DNA of 64,000 bases. It comes from Octopus sinensis (lineage: Eukaryota). The position numbers were made by a program, and so were the translations under genes. The stretch spans positions 45,074,001-45,138,000 of the forward strand of contig NC_043009.1 of the NCBI RefSeq assembly GCF_006345805.1. Direction: 5' to 3'. The notes below the pieces were generated by a model that saw nothing but the letters and a program-made list of their open reading frames with translations, did no database searches and had not been told where the DNA came from. Shown here one piece after another: positions 25,490 through 38,475 of this stretch (positions are counted from its first letter, which is position 1; each line of letters opens with the position of its first letter).

Positions 25490-25490
<1 letters not shown>
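22623..25490 (-). mobile_element. Tx1/L1-clade LINE ORF2, 5' truncated, decayed
   Basis: Minus strand: GFGPVFRGWI..VKVNGHLSEPF..RSVRRG, GCPLPPLLYVLAREPLL, YTDN (YADD-like), KLSLKGRAEVAN..LLYKFLWK, C-terminal CKQSDETVLH; 3' UTR with AATAAA just before an (ATC)n tract. Confidence 0.92.
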
Positions 25491-25545
<55 letters not shown>

Positions 25546-25595
25546 TAATAATAATAATTATAATAATAATAATAATAATAATAGTAATAATAATA
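25491..25595. repeat. (TAA)n microsatellite at LINE 5' junction
   Basis: Read directly. Confidence 0.97.
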
Positions 25596-26799
25596 ACTAG
25601 CAGAAGGCTTTTGACTGCATTCCTCACATGGATTCTGGTAACACCAGCCATGAATAGATAGCACCAACAATAAGACATATAAACCGTTATAAATAAATGG
25701 TAAACGAACGCGTAATGATCACGAATATCGAGTCTTCCTTTTAAGATATATCCAGGACTACTTTACACAAACTCGTCCTATCTTGTTATTTCAGGGTGTT
25801 GGTTGTGGTTTTAGGAAAATGTTGCAAGTATTTTTAGCAGGTCGAGCAAACATATTGAAGCATTTCGCGACGGCTTCTCCAAGACCAGCAATTTTAAACC
25901 TGGAGGTCAAATTTCAGGATTCCGAGGGGAAATTATTTTTACGATGAAGAATCATTTCTTAGTCATTAAACACTCGCACTCATTTTTTTCTTAAAATTTC
26001 ACATCTGTTTTCCTTGATGTTTATTTTCAGAAAATGTTTAATTAATACATAACTTGATGTTATGAAATAAATTGCGTTGTACATACGACTGCTTCACCCT
26101 TGCCATGTGCATTTATGTGTGTATGTTTTGAGGGAAAGAGAGAGAGAGAGAAAGAGAGAGTGAGAGAGAGCGAGAGAAAAAGAGCAAGAGCGAGAACGAG
26201 AGAAAGAGAAAGAGAGAGAGAGAGATGGGGAAACGGTAAAAGCATGGGTAATATAAAAAAATGGTTAAGGAATACTGTCTTACACACGTGAATGCTGGTT
26301 TTTGTCTTGAGAATGGCTCTAATTGGTGCCTAACTCAATATCAGTGTGTGTTTTGTCTTGCTCTCGTCCATCCATTTACGGAATTCAAATCCCTCTGGAG
26401 TCTAGTTGACTTTCATCGCCTCCGGCTTTGTTATATTAAGCGTCAGTTTAAACATTTCCATCGATGAATTCGGCTATGAAGCCACATCAACTTGGAAAGT
26501 TGGCGCTGTGCCTAAGTAAGAAACCATTATTATCCAAAACATGAAACAGGAAATATAAAAAGAACACAGAAAAAAAAAAGAAAATATAACAAAATAATAA
26601 AATGCTACAAAAAAAAAAAAAATCTTAAGAAACCGAATAATCAGAGCGCCGCTGATTTTTCTAAGAATTATGGAAACAATCAATGAAATAATTAATAAAA
26701 AAAAACACAGAAAAAGCATGAAAAAAAACCCAATTCTTTTAAAGACGTGTGAATATAAGTTATATCTATTAGATAAATAGATCTTTCCTCTAAGACAGA

Positions 26800-26923
26800 T
26801 TCGATAGTGTATGTATGTGCATATATATTTATATACATACATGTATACATGTATATATATATATATGTGTATGTATATGTATATATGTATATATATATAT
26901 ACGTATATATATATATATATTAT

Positions 26924-26983
<60 letters not shown>

Positions 26984-27024
26984 GTACGGATATACACATA
27001 TATCTTTATAGGTATGCATATATA

Positions 27025-27071
<47 letters not shown>

Positions 27072-27075
27072 TATA
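26800..27075. repeat. (TA)n/(TATG)n microsatellite complex
   Basis: Read directly; similar tracts at 30550-30850, 47110-47420, 60630-61230. Confidence 0.97.
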
Positions 27076-27188
27076 TTTTAAACATATGTATAAAACATAC
27101 ATGCATACATATATACGTACATACATATAGATATACACACATATACGCATAAGTATATATGTATCTATCTTTACATATACACCCTTGC

Positions 27189-27221
<33 letters not shown>

Positions 27222-27513
27222 ACACATGCACAAACACACATATACACACACATAGATACACGTCAGTGAAGAGCTATTTATGAAATGAGTTGAACCATAT
27301 TTTCAAGTAAACAGTATTACTTAGCCGAACTATAAATACTTACAATATGTCTGAAATAATGACAGACTTCTGCAACAACAGTACTGGATGGTTATTTGTC
27401 GGTTTACGGGGAACATTACACATGTGTGTATGTTTGTTCGTGTATGTATGTTTGCGTCTATGTATGTATGTATGTATGTTTGTGTAGCTGTATGTATATA
27501 AGTATGTATGTAC

Positions 27514-27608
<95 letters not shown>

Positions 27609-28099
27609 GTATGTATGTATGTATGTATATATGTATATGTACGTTTTCCTGCTTTTGTTTTCGAACATATCGCCGATAGAGAAAAACATCTGGTTTTTAG
27701 GCTAGAAGCAAATCTCTTTCATCGGAATTTTAACAATATTAAACAGGGTAGTGTTGTAAGTATGTATGCAGGTAGGTACGGAGGTAAGTATTCGTGCATG
27801 GTTGTACACATGCATGCACATATATTCGTAAACATAGTATATATATATGTATGTATATATATATATACATATAACAGAAAGGAGGAATTTCGATTATTCC
27901 CACGTGGTGAGTTGTAATGTATATAAGAAATTAAAAAAAGGAAAATACGCACACTTACACAACATGGACAAATTTTCTTCTTAAGAAAAAATACATATTC
28001 AAATAAGTAAAACATAACATGAATAGCGATAGCGAAACCGGTCGATATGTTAAAAATTATATTATAACTATGTAAGTGTGCGTATTTTCCTTTTAATTT

Positions 28100-28188
<89 letters not shown>

Positions 28189-28769
28189 CACACACACATA
28201 CATACACACATACACCCATTGACCCTATCATATTGTTCTCTCCACTCTTCACATGTACATACGTATACACACGTATACGCAGATTTCCGGTACTCGGATG
28301 CGCATACACTCACGTATACTCTTCATACACTGAGGCACTGTCTGTCTCTCTCTCTCTCACACACACATACACACTCGCACGCTCACAATCATTGTTCTAC
28401 ACTTCGGCACTCCTGCTTTGGTTGACAATTTCGAATCATCCCATTCTTTCCCCCTTCCGCTTGCCACCTCTGCTTGATCGTTACTCGCATCAGTTTGCGA
28501 ACAACTCCGCACATTTACACACATGCATACTCCTCTCGCGCGCTACTTCTCTTATTACTTTCCTCTTTTCGACCATTGTTCTCTTAAGAAAGACTGATTT
28601 TCTTCCCTCCACTATTTTCTTTCTTCACCACGTGCGTTACATCTCGCTTTTACCTCTTCATCACAGTTATTTCATTCCGTTCTCGAATTTATCTAGTTTC
28701 ATTATCACTTTTTTTCCTGCTTCGTGAGTCTTACCATCCTCTGAATACTCTCTTTTACTCTTTTACTCT

Positions 28770-28901
28770 TTTACTTGTTTCAGTCATTTGACTGCGGCCA
28801 TGCTGGAGCACCGCCTTTAATCGAGCAACTCGACCCTGGGACTTATTCTTTTGTAAGCCCAGTACTTATTCTATCGGTCTCTTTAGCCGAACCGCTAAGT
28901 A
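28770..28901 (-). mobile_element. SINE family A tail only
   Basis: ttacttgtttcagtcatttgactgcggccatgctggagcaccgcc..gaaccgctaag. Confidence 0.88.
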
Positions 28902-28904
28902 ACA

Positions 28905-29016
28905 CATTGGGCAAGTGGCATATTGGGCAAGTGTCTTCTACCATAGCCTCGAGCCGACCAAAGCCTTGTGAGTGGATTTGGTAGACGGAAACTGAAAGAA
29001 GTCCGTCGTATATATG

Positions 29017-29090
<74 letters not shown>

Positions 29091-29292
29091 CGTGTGTTTG
29101 TGTGTCTGTGTTTGTCCCTCCAACATCGCTTGACAACCGACGCTGGTGTGTTTACGTCCCCGTAACGTAGCGGTTCGGCAAAAGAGACCGATAGAATAAG
29201 TACTAGGCTTACAAAGAATAAGTCCTGGGGTCGACTTGCTCGACTAAAGGCGGTGCTCCAGCATGGCCACAGTCACATGACTGAAACAAGTA
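28905..29292 (+). mobile_element. SINE family A, head missing
   Basis: Central domain, internal (TA)n, full tail ending gactgaaacaagtaag. Confidence 0.9.
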
Positions 29293-29746
29293 AGAGAGAG
29301 AGAGAGTATACATCACATGAGCGCACACACACTACTATATCCTCATTCCCACTTCCACACACAGGTACACTCTTATACTAGCACTTACACAGTCGCCCAT
29401 CGCAAACCCTCCGCATGATTTCTAATCCTTCACTTTTTCTTCACTGGTTATTTCTCTTTATCACTGTTCCTATGCTTCAGTTTTTCTTTCTTTTGTTGAA
29501 TGATGAACGTCCGAAACATCCGAACACTTTTTCTTCTTTTAAAGTGTTAAGCGAATAAATATCTTGTTCGTCAAACTTAGTTCTTCGAGTGTTGTTCATT
29601 TTAATGTTCATTGTATTTACACTATACATACATATATAAATGCATAAATATATACACATATACACTCTTAAACACACACATACATATGTACTTACAGATT
29701 ACATACATAAATACATACACATATACGTGTAAATATTTATGTATGT

Positions 29747-30125
29747 AGGCGCAATGGCCTAGTGATTAGGGCAGCGGACTCGCGGTCATAGGATCGCGGT
29801 TTCGATTCCCAGACCGGGCGTTGTGAGTGTTTATTGAGCGAAAACACCTAAAGCTCCACGGGGCTCCGGCAGGGGATGGTGGTGATCCCTGCTGTACTTT
29901 TTCACTACAACTTTCTCTCACTCTTACTTCCTGTTTCTGTTGTACCTGTATTTCAAAGGGCCGGCCTTGTCACTCTCTGTGTCACGCTGAATATCCCCGA
30001 GAACTACGTTAAGGGTACACGTGTCTGTGGAGTGCTCAGCCACTCACACGTTAATTTCACGAGCAGGCTGTTCCGTTGATTCGGATCAACCGGAACCCTC
30101 GTCGTCGTAACCGACGGAGTGCTTC
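29747..30125 (+). mobile_element. SINE family C, full length
   Basis: tRNA-like head ggcgcaatggcctagtgattagggcagcggactcgcgg..ttcgattcc; tail ..cctcgtcgtcgtaaccgacggagtgc shared with 44640 and 45680. Confidence 0.9.
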
Positions 30126-30611
30126 CATCCATCCATGTACATATACATACACATATAGTCACGCATTTATTCAATTTATATTGAATTCATTTATTTTGTT
30201 TATCGCATGCTTAAGACCGTTATTTGAAAGGACCAATGAAACAAATCCATTTTTAAAGGTGTATCCTTTAACTAGTTTGGATCAAATTGTTATTTCTGTT
30301 CTATTTCAACAAAAAAACTGTCCGACGAACGGGAACGTGAAACTCCGAGTAACAGCTTTTGTTATATTTCTGCTGCTTTTAAATAAAGTATATATATATG
30401 TATGTATGTATGTATGCGTGTATATATGATTGTGCAGAAGGTCATGAAATCAAGCGTGTGGGTTTCTTCGTGGCAAGTTGATATCTCCCTTTAACAAATC
30501 CACGGCATTGTCACTTTCTTCGAGGATGACGGCGACATGACTGTACATATGTAGGAATATGTTTATATATAGGTATATATATATATATATATATATATGT
30601 ACATATACATG

Positions 30612-30643
<32 letters not shown>

Positions 30644-30670
30644 CATATATGTATACATACATACATACAT

Positions 30671-30739
<69 letters not shown>

Positions 30740-31307
30740 TATATGTATATATATTTACATATATATATGTGTATATACATACATATATATATATATATAT
30801 TTATATATGTATACACACACATATATATGTATTCATATACACACATATATTTGTGCTATAAATATGTATCTGTATATGAAAGTATTTCTCTCACTAACTG
30901 TACATACACATACACTTATGTACGTACAACATGCACATGTGTGTGAGTATGTGTGCGTGTGTGTGTGTATGTGTGTGTGTGTGTGTGTATGTGTGTGTGC
31001 GGGGAATATAAAAGCCTTTCTAAGAATGTTTTAACAAAAGATCTCATCTAATGACATTAAATTTCTGTATTCAAGAATTGAATCACGTAACAGCCTTTGT
31101 AGCCACTTTTCAGAGAGTTCACAGTTTAAAATATTCCGTTATTTAAGATAAAGCAAGTTGAGGTTTAAATCAATTTTTGTGAAATGGAAATAGAAAGAAT
31201 AGTTGCTCTGTACATGAAAATACTATTCCATGTCTGATATCCAGCAATTTCTGTTTGGTCAAATAACGTTTTTGTTATATGTAAAAAGACATCGGATAGA
31301 ATCTATG

Positions 31308-31710
<403 letters not shown>

Positions 31711-31924
31711 AAACACCGAGTCATGCACATACCTTCATACACACCTGCTCACACACTACTTTGTGCTGGCGTACGCGTGTGCATGTATGTGAACGCGTGT
31801 GTATGCGTGTGCGTTAGGTTGAACAAGGTACTTTAGCTACAAGTATTTGCACGTCGCTATTCTCATGGAAACTATGCTCAATGCTCCCAAAAATATTCAC
31901 TTAAATATATACGCGTACAGTTAC

Positions 31925-32050
31925 TGGTAGCGTAGTGGTTCGAGTGTTGAGCTCTTGATCATAGATCGTGGTTTCGATTCCTGAACCGGACGATGCGTTG
32001 TGATCATGAGCAAAACATTTCATTTCCCGTTGCTCCAGTCTACTCAGCTG
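31925..32050 (+). mobile_element. tRNA/CORE-type SINE head, decayed
   Basis: tagtggttcgagtg..ggtttcgattcc..gcgttgtgatcatgagcaaaacatttcatttcccgttgctccagtctactcagctg. Confidence 0.7.
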
Positions 32051-32059
32051 GACCGGCGT

Positions 32060-32390
32060 AAACGGTAAGGTCATGAATGGCCATAGGATTGCATCAAGAA
32101 AGTTCCCCTTCGAGGCATAAGTCCGGGCAAGGATTTCATGGAAGAACTGCAGTCACCCATGCATACCTGCCTCCCCTCTCCATGCCAGCGGTATTGTCCA
32201 AAGGAAAGGCAAAGGTCGATAGAACTTGGCACCAGTGAAGTCACAATTCATTTCCAACATCTGAGTTAACTGGAACAACGTGAAATAAAGTGTCTTGCTC
32301 AAGAACACAACGCACAGCCCGGCCCGGGAAACGAACTCACTACCACGTGACTGTGAGTTCGACGCTCTAACCACTGAGCCATGTGCCTCC
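32060..32390 (-). mobile_element. tRNA/CORE-type SINE with a different tail
   Basis: Reverse complement: ggaggcacatggctcagtggttagagcg..gagttcgtttccc..ttgtgttcttgagcaagacactttatttcacgttgttccag. Confidence 0.82.
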
Positions 32391-33099
32391 ACGCACGCGC
32401 GCACACACACACACGCGCGTGTGTGTGTGTGTGGCTGTGTGCAGCGAAGCTTGTTTCCCAACCACATGGTTCAGTTCCACTGCCACGCATCTTGGGCAAG
32501 TTTCTTCTGGTAGAGCCTCGGGCCGACCAAAGCTTTATGAGTGGATTTGGTAGACGGAAACTGAAAGAAGTCTGTCACACACACACACACACACACACAC
32601 AACACACACACACACCACACACACACACAAACTTACATAAATGTCGAGCAATGAAAATGAATGCTCAACACCGCATTGGTGGATATAATTTCTTTGTGAA
32701 TTAAGGCTACCATTGGTTTCATGTTAAGAAAAGTAGGAAAATATCCTAGTGTCTTAACAATTTTTCAAGCCAATCACATGGAGAAGGATGTTCGCCTACA
32801 TTTCGGAAAACAATCTCGTGTAGTTCACGTGGGTTTTCGAAAAATTCGCGTGAATAAAACAACGCATCAATTAATCAGGGGGCGTTCCTCCTGGGTGGTA
32901 TCTTATCGATGTTTTTTTCCCTTGGATTTGTCTTTTGGACAAACTTCTTGTGTGGTCAATTTGTTTGCATTATTCTATTTTTGTTCTGGGCATAGTGTTC
33001 TTATACTTGTGTGCCCAGGCATATTTCTTCTTTGTGTGAAGTTTGTGTGGTATGTGTGTTTCTGCTTATCCTGGTGGGGTTATTGTCGCGGATAGGGTC

Positions 33100-33310
33100 T
33101 CTTCTTTGAAAGATTTGTCTGCAAAATATTGTTTGTGTATGCAGGAAGAGAAGATTTCATCAGTGATGTTTAAGATTTTATCTGTTGACTGTGTAATGTT
33201 TAATTTTTCAGTAATACAGAGTTCACATTTAGTGCCCCATTCTCTGTATTTCTTGGCTTTAGCAATAACTTTTCATTCTATATGGGGGTTGTTTATTCCA
33301 CCTTCTTTTA
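33100..33310 (-). pseudogene. PLE GIY-YIG endonuclease C-terminal fragment
   Basis: IE*KVIAKAKKY..GTKCELCITEKLNI..KILNITDEIFSSCIHK matches the C.LC..EK..I..LN...EI.S.C.H motif. Confidence 0.75.
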
Positions 33311-33314
33311 ATAT

Positions 33315-33380
<66 letters not shown>

Positions 33381-33738
33381 AGATAGGGGTTGTAAATTCA
33401 ACCCTCCATGGGATAACATATATCCAATATACTGCTAGAGAAGTACCCAACAAAGCTAATACATAAATGTTAAAAATTGCGATGCAATTAATTCATCTAC
33501 TGTATTATGTGAGCAAAGGTAAAATTATTTTTACCATAAATTAATAATACAAAATGAGAAAATGGAGAAATATATCTCAATCAATCATCAACCATCAGAT
33601 AATACCCAATCAATACTTTATTAAACCATTACACAATAGCAATGATATTATACATTAATATAGTACAAATATAACAAGACATAGAAATAGAAATAGAATA
33701 CATTTACATTGTAGATATATTTCTCCATTTTCTCATTT

Positions 33739-33790
<52 letters not shown>

Positions 33791-34668
33791 ATATATATAT
33801 ATGCGTTTACGTCCCCGTAACTTAGCAGTTCGGCAACAAACGTTGTTGGAATAAGTATTTAAGTAAAGTACTGGGGTCGATTTGTTCGATTAAAGAAAAA
33901 AAAAAGTTTCTCCAAGGCGGTGCCCCAGCTTGGCAGCAGTCTAATAACTGAAACAAGTAGAAGAATAGAAGAATAGAAGAATAAAAATACATATATACAT
34001 ACCTTTTTGAAGCTTGGTACTTATTCTATCAGTTGTGTTTGCCTGACCACTAAGTTACGGAGACATACCCAAACCAGCATCGGTTATCAAGTGGTGGTAG
34101 GGGACAAACATATACACTAAGGCTCCACACGACATATTTCTTCTGTCTAGGAACTCCACTCACAAGGCTTTCATCGGCCCGAGGCTATAGTAGAAGACAC
34201 TTGCCCAAGGTGCCACACAGTGGGACTGAACCTGGAACAATGTGGCTGGGAAGCAAACTGTTTACCATACAACCACATCTTTCTTTCTTTCTTTTACTTG
34301 TTTCAGTCATTTGACTGCGGCCATGCTGGAGCACCGCCTTTAATCGAGCAACTCGACCCCGGGACTTATTCTTTTGTAAGTCCAGTACTTATTCTATCGG
34401 TCTCTTTTGCTGAACCGCTAAGTAACGGGGACATAAACACACCAGCATCGGTTGTCAAGCAATGTTAGGGGGACAAACACAGACACACAAACACACACAC
34501 GCACATATATATATATATACATATATACGACGGGCTTCTTTCAGTTTCCGTCTACCAAATCCACTCACAAGGCTTTGGTCGGCCCGAGGCTATAGTAGAA
34601 GACACTTGCCCAAGATGCCACACAGTGGGACTGAACCCGGAACCATGTGGTTGGTAAACAAGCTACTT

Positions 34669-36827
34669 TATTTCAACAATTTTGCTACTAAGGCAGTACA
34701 CAGAGTAGCTACGGGCTGGACAAAGACATTAATGGATGATGGTGGTGGTGGATGAAGATGGTGATGGGAGAAGTCAAAAAGCGCCCGCCGACTTCCGCTT
34801 CTCTAAGACATTGTTCTTTTTTTTAATAAGTTCAATTTTCTTTTTTCTTTAGTTTCAATAAATCGACATGAGGTTGCAAACCTCTTACACGAAGGAGGCA
34901 CTAAAACCTCTTACAAAGTTCTTTTTTTCATTTCTTTTGCCACAAGGGCAGTATATGAATTCACAAAAATTCTCCCTGTCAGGTCCCCGAAGCAAATTGT
35001 CTTGCCGCCTGCAGACAACTCTGCGACGACAAGTCGAGGCCTGCAAAGAGAAAAGTAAAATGTTTCCTCTCAAAGGTCTTTGTGACCCTTGACAAAATGT
35101 TTTCCCTTACTACCTCCGCAGCTACCCACGGAGGCCATAACGGACTCCTTGAGCTGACCGTGTCCTTGCGTTCTCGGTCATCCAAGCCATTCAAAAACTT
35201 TTCCACCTTCCCTCCCTTGTGGTGAAGGAGGAGAAACAACTCCTCTTCATGGGAAGGGACCTCACACTGATCCGTCAGTGGCACACTTTCCACTGACGGA
35301 GCACTGTCCGCGGGTGGCACACGTCCCACCCGCGGCTCCGTCGGCGACACAGAAACGTCAGCCGTCCGACCTCTTTTTCTTTTTTTTTTCCTCATTTTTT
35401 TAGAGGCTGCTAGCCCGGGGGGCTCCTTCGGTAGACACGGGGGGTCGCTATCCTCCTCCTCCGTCTGTACGTTCTTTGGTGAGCAACCATTGTTGCTCAC
35501 CTGTCTTTTTCTTTTCGTGGAGGCAACCTCCTCCACGACTTCCACCGTCTCCCCCTCCAATGAGGGGGCAGCGGGCACCTTTTCCTTTTTCATGCTCCGG
35601 GGCAACACCACGGCCACCGGGACACTTCCTCTTGATATGTCCAGGCTCCAGGCACAGGTGACACTTGGGGGGGGGGACGTCCCTCAAGCATCACCGGATA
35701 CCTGTATCCGGCCATCCTCAAAAAGTCCGGTAAAACCAGACTTTTGGCTGACTGGGTCCATAGGGTCAAAACAGCTCTTGACCCCTCCCAATCAGCCGCA
35801 GGCTGTACTTTTACGTTCAGTAGCTTGGAACTGCTACCATCCAAGCCCCGGCGGATAGAGTCCTCTATCCACTCGGGCTCAACGCCTGGTGGTAAGCCGC
35901 AGATCCAAGCTCTCAACAATTTTTCTCCCTTGTAATTTGGGAGAAACAATATTTGTTTGCCCTCAATGGGCTGGCTTGCAAATTCGCAAGCTGCTTTAGG
36001 GGAGTCAAATAGCAACCAAACCGTTGCGTATTTAACTCCCCGTGCGATATATTTAACGGCTGGCATGTAGTCTGCCAGCTCGTTAACAATAGTGGCCTTT
36101 GGAAAGACTGCTATGGTGTCGAGCGACTTCGAATATGTCCTCAGCACCACGGTCTTTTCCTCGAGCTCATTCAAATATTTTCTGGGAGGTGTCAAATCCC
36201 ACACAGTGAATTTCTTTGCCATAACGTAAGATTTAAAAACAGTTCAAAATGTGATAAAATGAAATAAGACACAGAAAGGAGAATGAAAAATACAACAGAA
36301 GGGAAGAAATAAAATTAGAAATAGCAGTTTAAAAAAAGTTCTTTTTTTAAAAAAATAAATGATAGACGGAGAAAGAGAGTTCAAATCCAGACAAAGGAAT
36401 TAATTTTTTCTTTTTTTTTTGTTTTCACTTTTTTCGGCCAAAAAATTGTATTCCAGGCCAAATGCACAGTTGGTAAAACACCTTGATAAAATAATCCTTG
36501 GTACTCCTTGGTAATTCCCGTGGATAACACAAAGACAATTTCAAAAACAATTTTTGCAGACGGACTACGCCGCTTTAAAAATACAATTCTCACTGCAAAG
36601 TGAGTCTTTACACTCGACAACAGGCAGAAAAATTATATCTGGAGCAAAGTGGAGTTTATTATCTGCTAAAAAATATTAAATGCTAAAAAACATTAAATGC
36701 AAGTAATAGACTTCACTGAGCTCCCAAAAATACAAAACGCCTACCTGTAGTCGAGTCAAAAGTTCAATAATTCACGTTAAAACGTGACATTTGCCGGAGC
36801 GATAAAAAACACGTCCGTTCGGTGAGA
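34669..36827 (-). mobile_element. ORF1-only L1/Tx1-like retroelement with 9-bp TSD (HAL1-like)
   Basis: TSD aagctactt at 34660-34668 and 36828-36836; about 600-nt 5' UTR; ORF from ATG 36222; AATAAA abutting the 3' TSD; no EN/RT motif recognised. Confidence 0.8.
34979..36222 (-). pseudogene. LINE ORF1 (gag-like, CCHC zinc knuckle), two +1 frameshifts
   Basis: ORF-track pieces 35590-36222, 35448-35687 and 34979-35617 join by removing one base each; CHLCLEPGHIKRKC knuckle after LPDFLRMAGYRYPVMLEGRPP, then basic/acidic low-complexity tail. Confidence 0.8.
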
Positions 36828-36889
36828 AAGCTACTTACCACACAGCCACTGCTCCTATAATATCTATTTTGCAGTGGAAAATACTTTTT

Positions 36890-37620
36890 TAAGCAAGTGT
36901 ATGTTTACTTCCGGATTATTAGGTGGATTTATCAACTTATCTCCTGCTTTGAGTTTCTATCGGGATTTATTTGATTGATATAAGTAATTTGTTCTTTGGC
37001 ACCATAGCGTCTTACGGTGTCATCATAATAGCCAGAATAGTTTTTAACTATTTGCTTATTGGCGGATAACCTGGATAATCTGACTTATTATTAATTAGGT
37101 TGTTGAAAGTGTTCATAGTTCGGTCGGTTTCCTAAGTATATAACTTAGTGTCTCATTTGGCTCGTGGAAAAGGTACCATAAAGTAGGAATAATCCAACGA
37201 GGCTACTAACATTTATGAAGTTACATATTCCCATGCTGACATCGAACAGAATATCTAAAGTTTTTGTCTTATATCACTGAAGTTGTTATAAAAAAAATAA
37301 AGGGCTTCATTGCTTGCAAGATAATATCTATTTCATCTTCACAAATGTTAGGAATTGATCTGACATTGATCTGGCATGGTTTAGGGCTCTAATTAGAAGT
37401 GGTTTATTGATCAATGCGTAATAATAATTTATAACATGTTGCGGGAATATGGAGTTTTATTTATCGGGAAGTGACTTGAATAAACCAATGATTGATTTAT
37501 ATATTGTTCCAAAGGAAACATCCTTAAGCTTAGATAAAAATTCATCGACCGTAATTTTGTTTATCAAGCCCGTGGTTTATATGGTATGATTCAGGAATGA
37601 ATGATTGCTGTGAAAAGTAT
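36890..37620 (-). pseudogene. PLE reverse transcriptase fragment, decayed and internally deleted
   Basis: Frameshifted reading ..LLIRALNHA..EIDIILQA..LFDVSMG..LVGLFLL.. then LSRLSANKQ..YYDDTVRRYG.EQITY, matching PLE RT and thumb motifs. Confidence 0.7.
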
Positions 37621-37789
37621 GTTTATGATCTCTACACTATTTTAATAATTTAAAGTGTTTCAACAAGTTTACAGGTTGTTCAGGGTAAATTTGACAGTTT
37701 GTATAAAAGGAAAAGACAACACAACATCCCTCTAAAAATAAAAGTATTTTAAATAATCAAAAAGTTTCAACCAAATTATGACTGGGAAA

Positions 37790-38475
37790 TAACAGTTTAC
37801 TCAAAGTAATAGTCCTCAGTTTTCACCACGGTCTCAACACGGCTCCGGAGCCTGGCGCAAGCGTTTCTTACTGTGTCCCCGGAAGATCTTCGAACACCTC
37901 TTTGATATTGGCTGCCAGCTCGCCCTTAGCATCTTTCTCAACGGAACCCACACATAGTAATCTATAAGATTACAAACGGGGGAATTAGGAGGTCAGAAAT
38001 TGGGGCTGGTGAAATGGAAATTCTACGAAAACAACTTCTAACTCTTTCAAGAAATATGGCAAAGAGCCGAATCCTACTACTACACATAAGGCCTTCAGGA
38101 GTATCCCTCTCCAGCAGTTTTATATTGCTGTCTGAATCGAGTCTGAGACTCTGTTCAAAGATTTGGGGCGACATGACGCCACCCTCACTGGAGACACATC
38201 CAAAGACAATTACGGTTTGAAGGACCTTGGTTTTAATGGATTGTAGGCAAACTGCCAGCTGTTCTGGGTTTTGTGCAACTGGTCTTGGCAGAAATTCTTT
38301 TCATCTGAGAACTAAATCGTCCTCGTGTTCAGGGGCATTTTTGCCTTCGACAAGTGATTCTCCATGGCCTTGGCTGTCAGAATTTCTTTTGTGTCTCTTG
38401 TACGAGAGGTAGCGATGGTCCTCATTCAAGGCTAGCTTCGTGGTGGCAACTCCAACACCCATCTCTCTCGCCAAA
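37790..38475 (-). mobile_element. Tc1/mariner maT (DD37D-like) transposase pseudogene
   Basis: EMGVGVATTKLALNED..FSDEKNFCQDQ..TVIVFGCVSSEG.VM..DSA..PPNSP..DYYVWGSVEK; hand count gives 36 residues between the last two Asp, one short of DD37D; many stops. Confidence 0.85.

Larger units (their letters stand above)
34290..36856 (-). mobile_element. SINE family A split by an insertion (34290-34668 and 36828-36856)
   Basis: SINE stops at ggttggtaaacaagctactt and resumes at aagctacttaccacacagccact. Confidence 0.88.

Noticed and set aside
29386-29640. Possible minus-strand first exon (ORF 29477-29677, donor at about 29390)
   Set aside because: ORF stops before the donor and has no recognisable homology.
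29747-29820. tRNA-like sequences at SINE heads
   Set aside because: They have A/B boxes but continue into SINE bodies and lack a full cloverleaf; not called tRNA genes.
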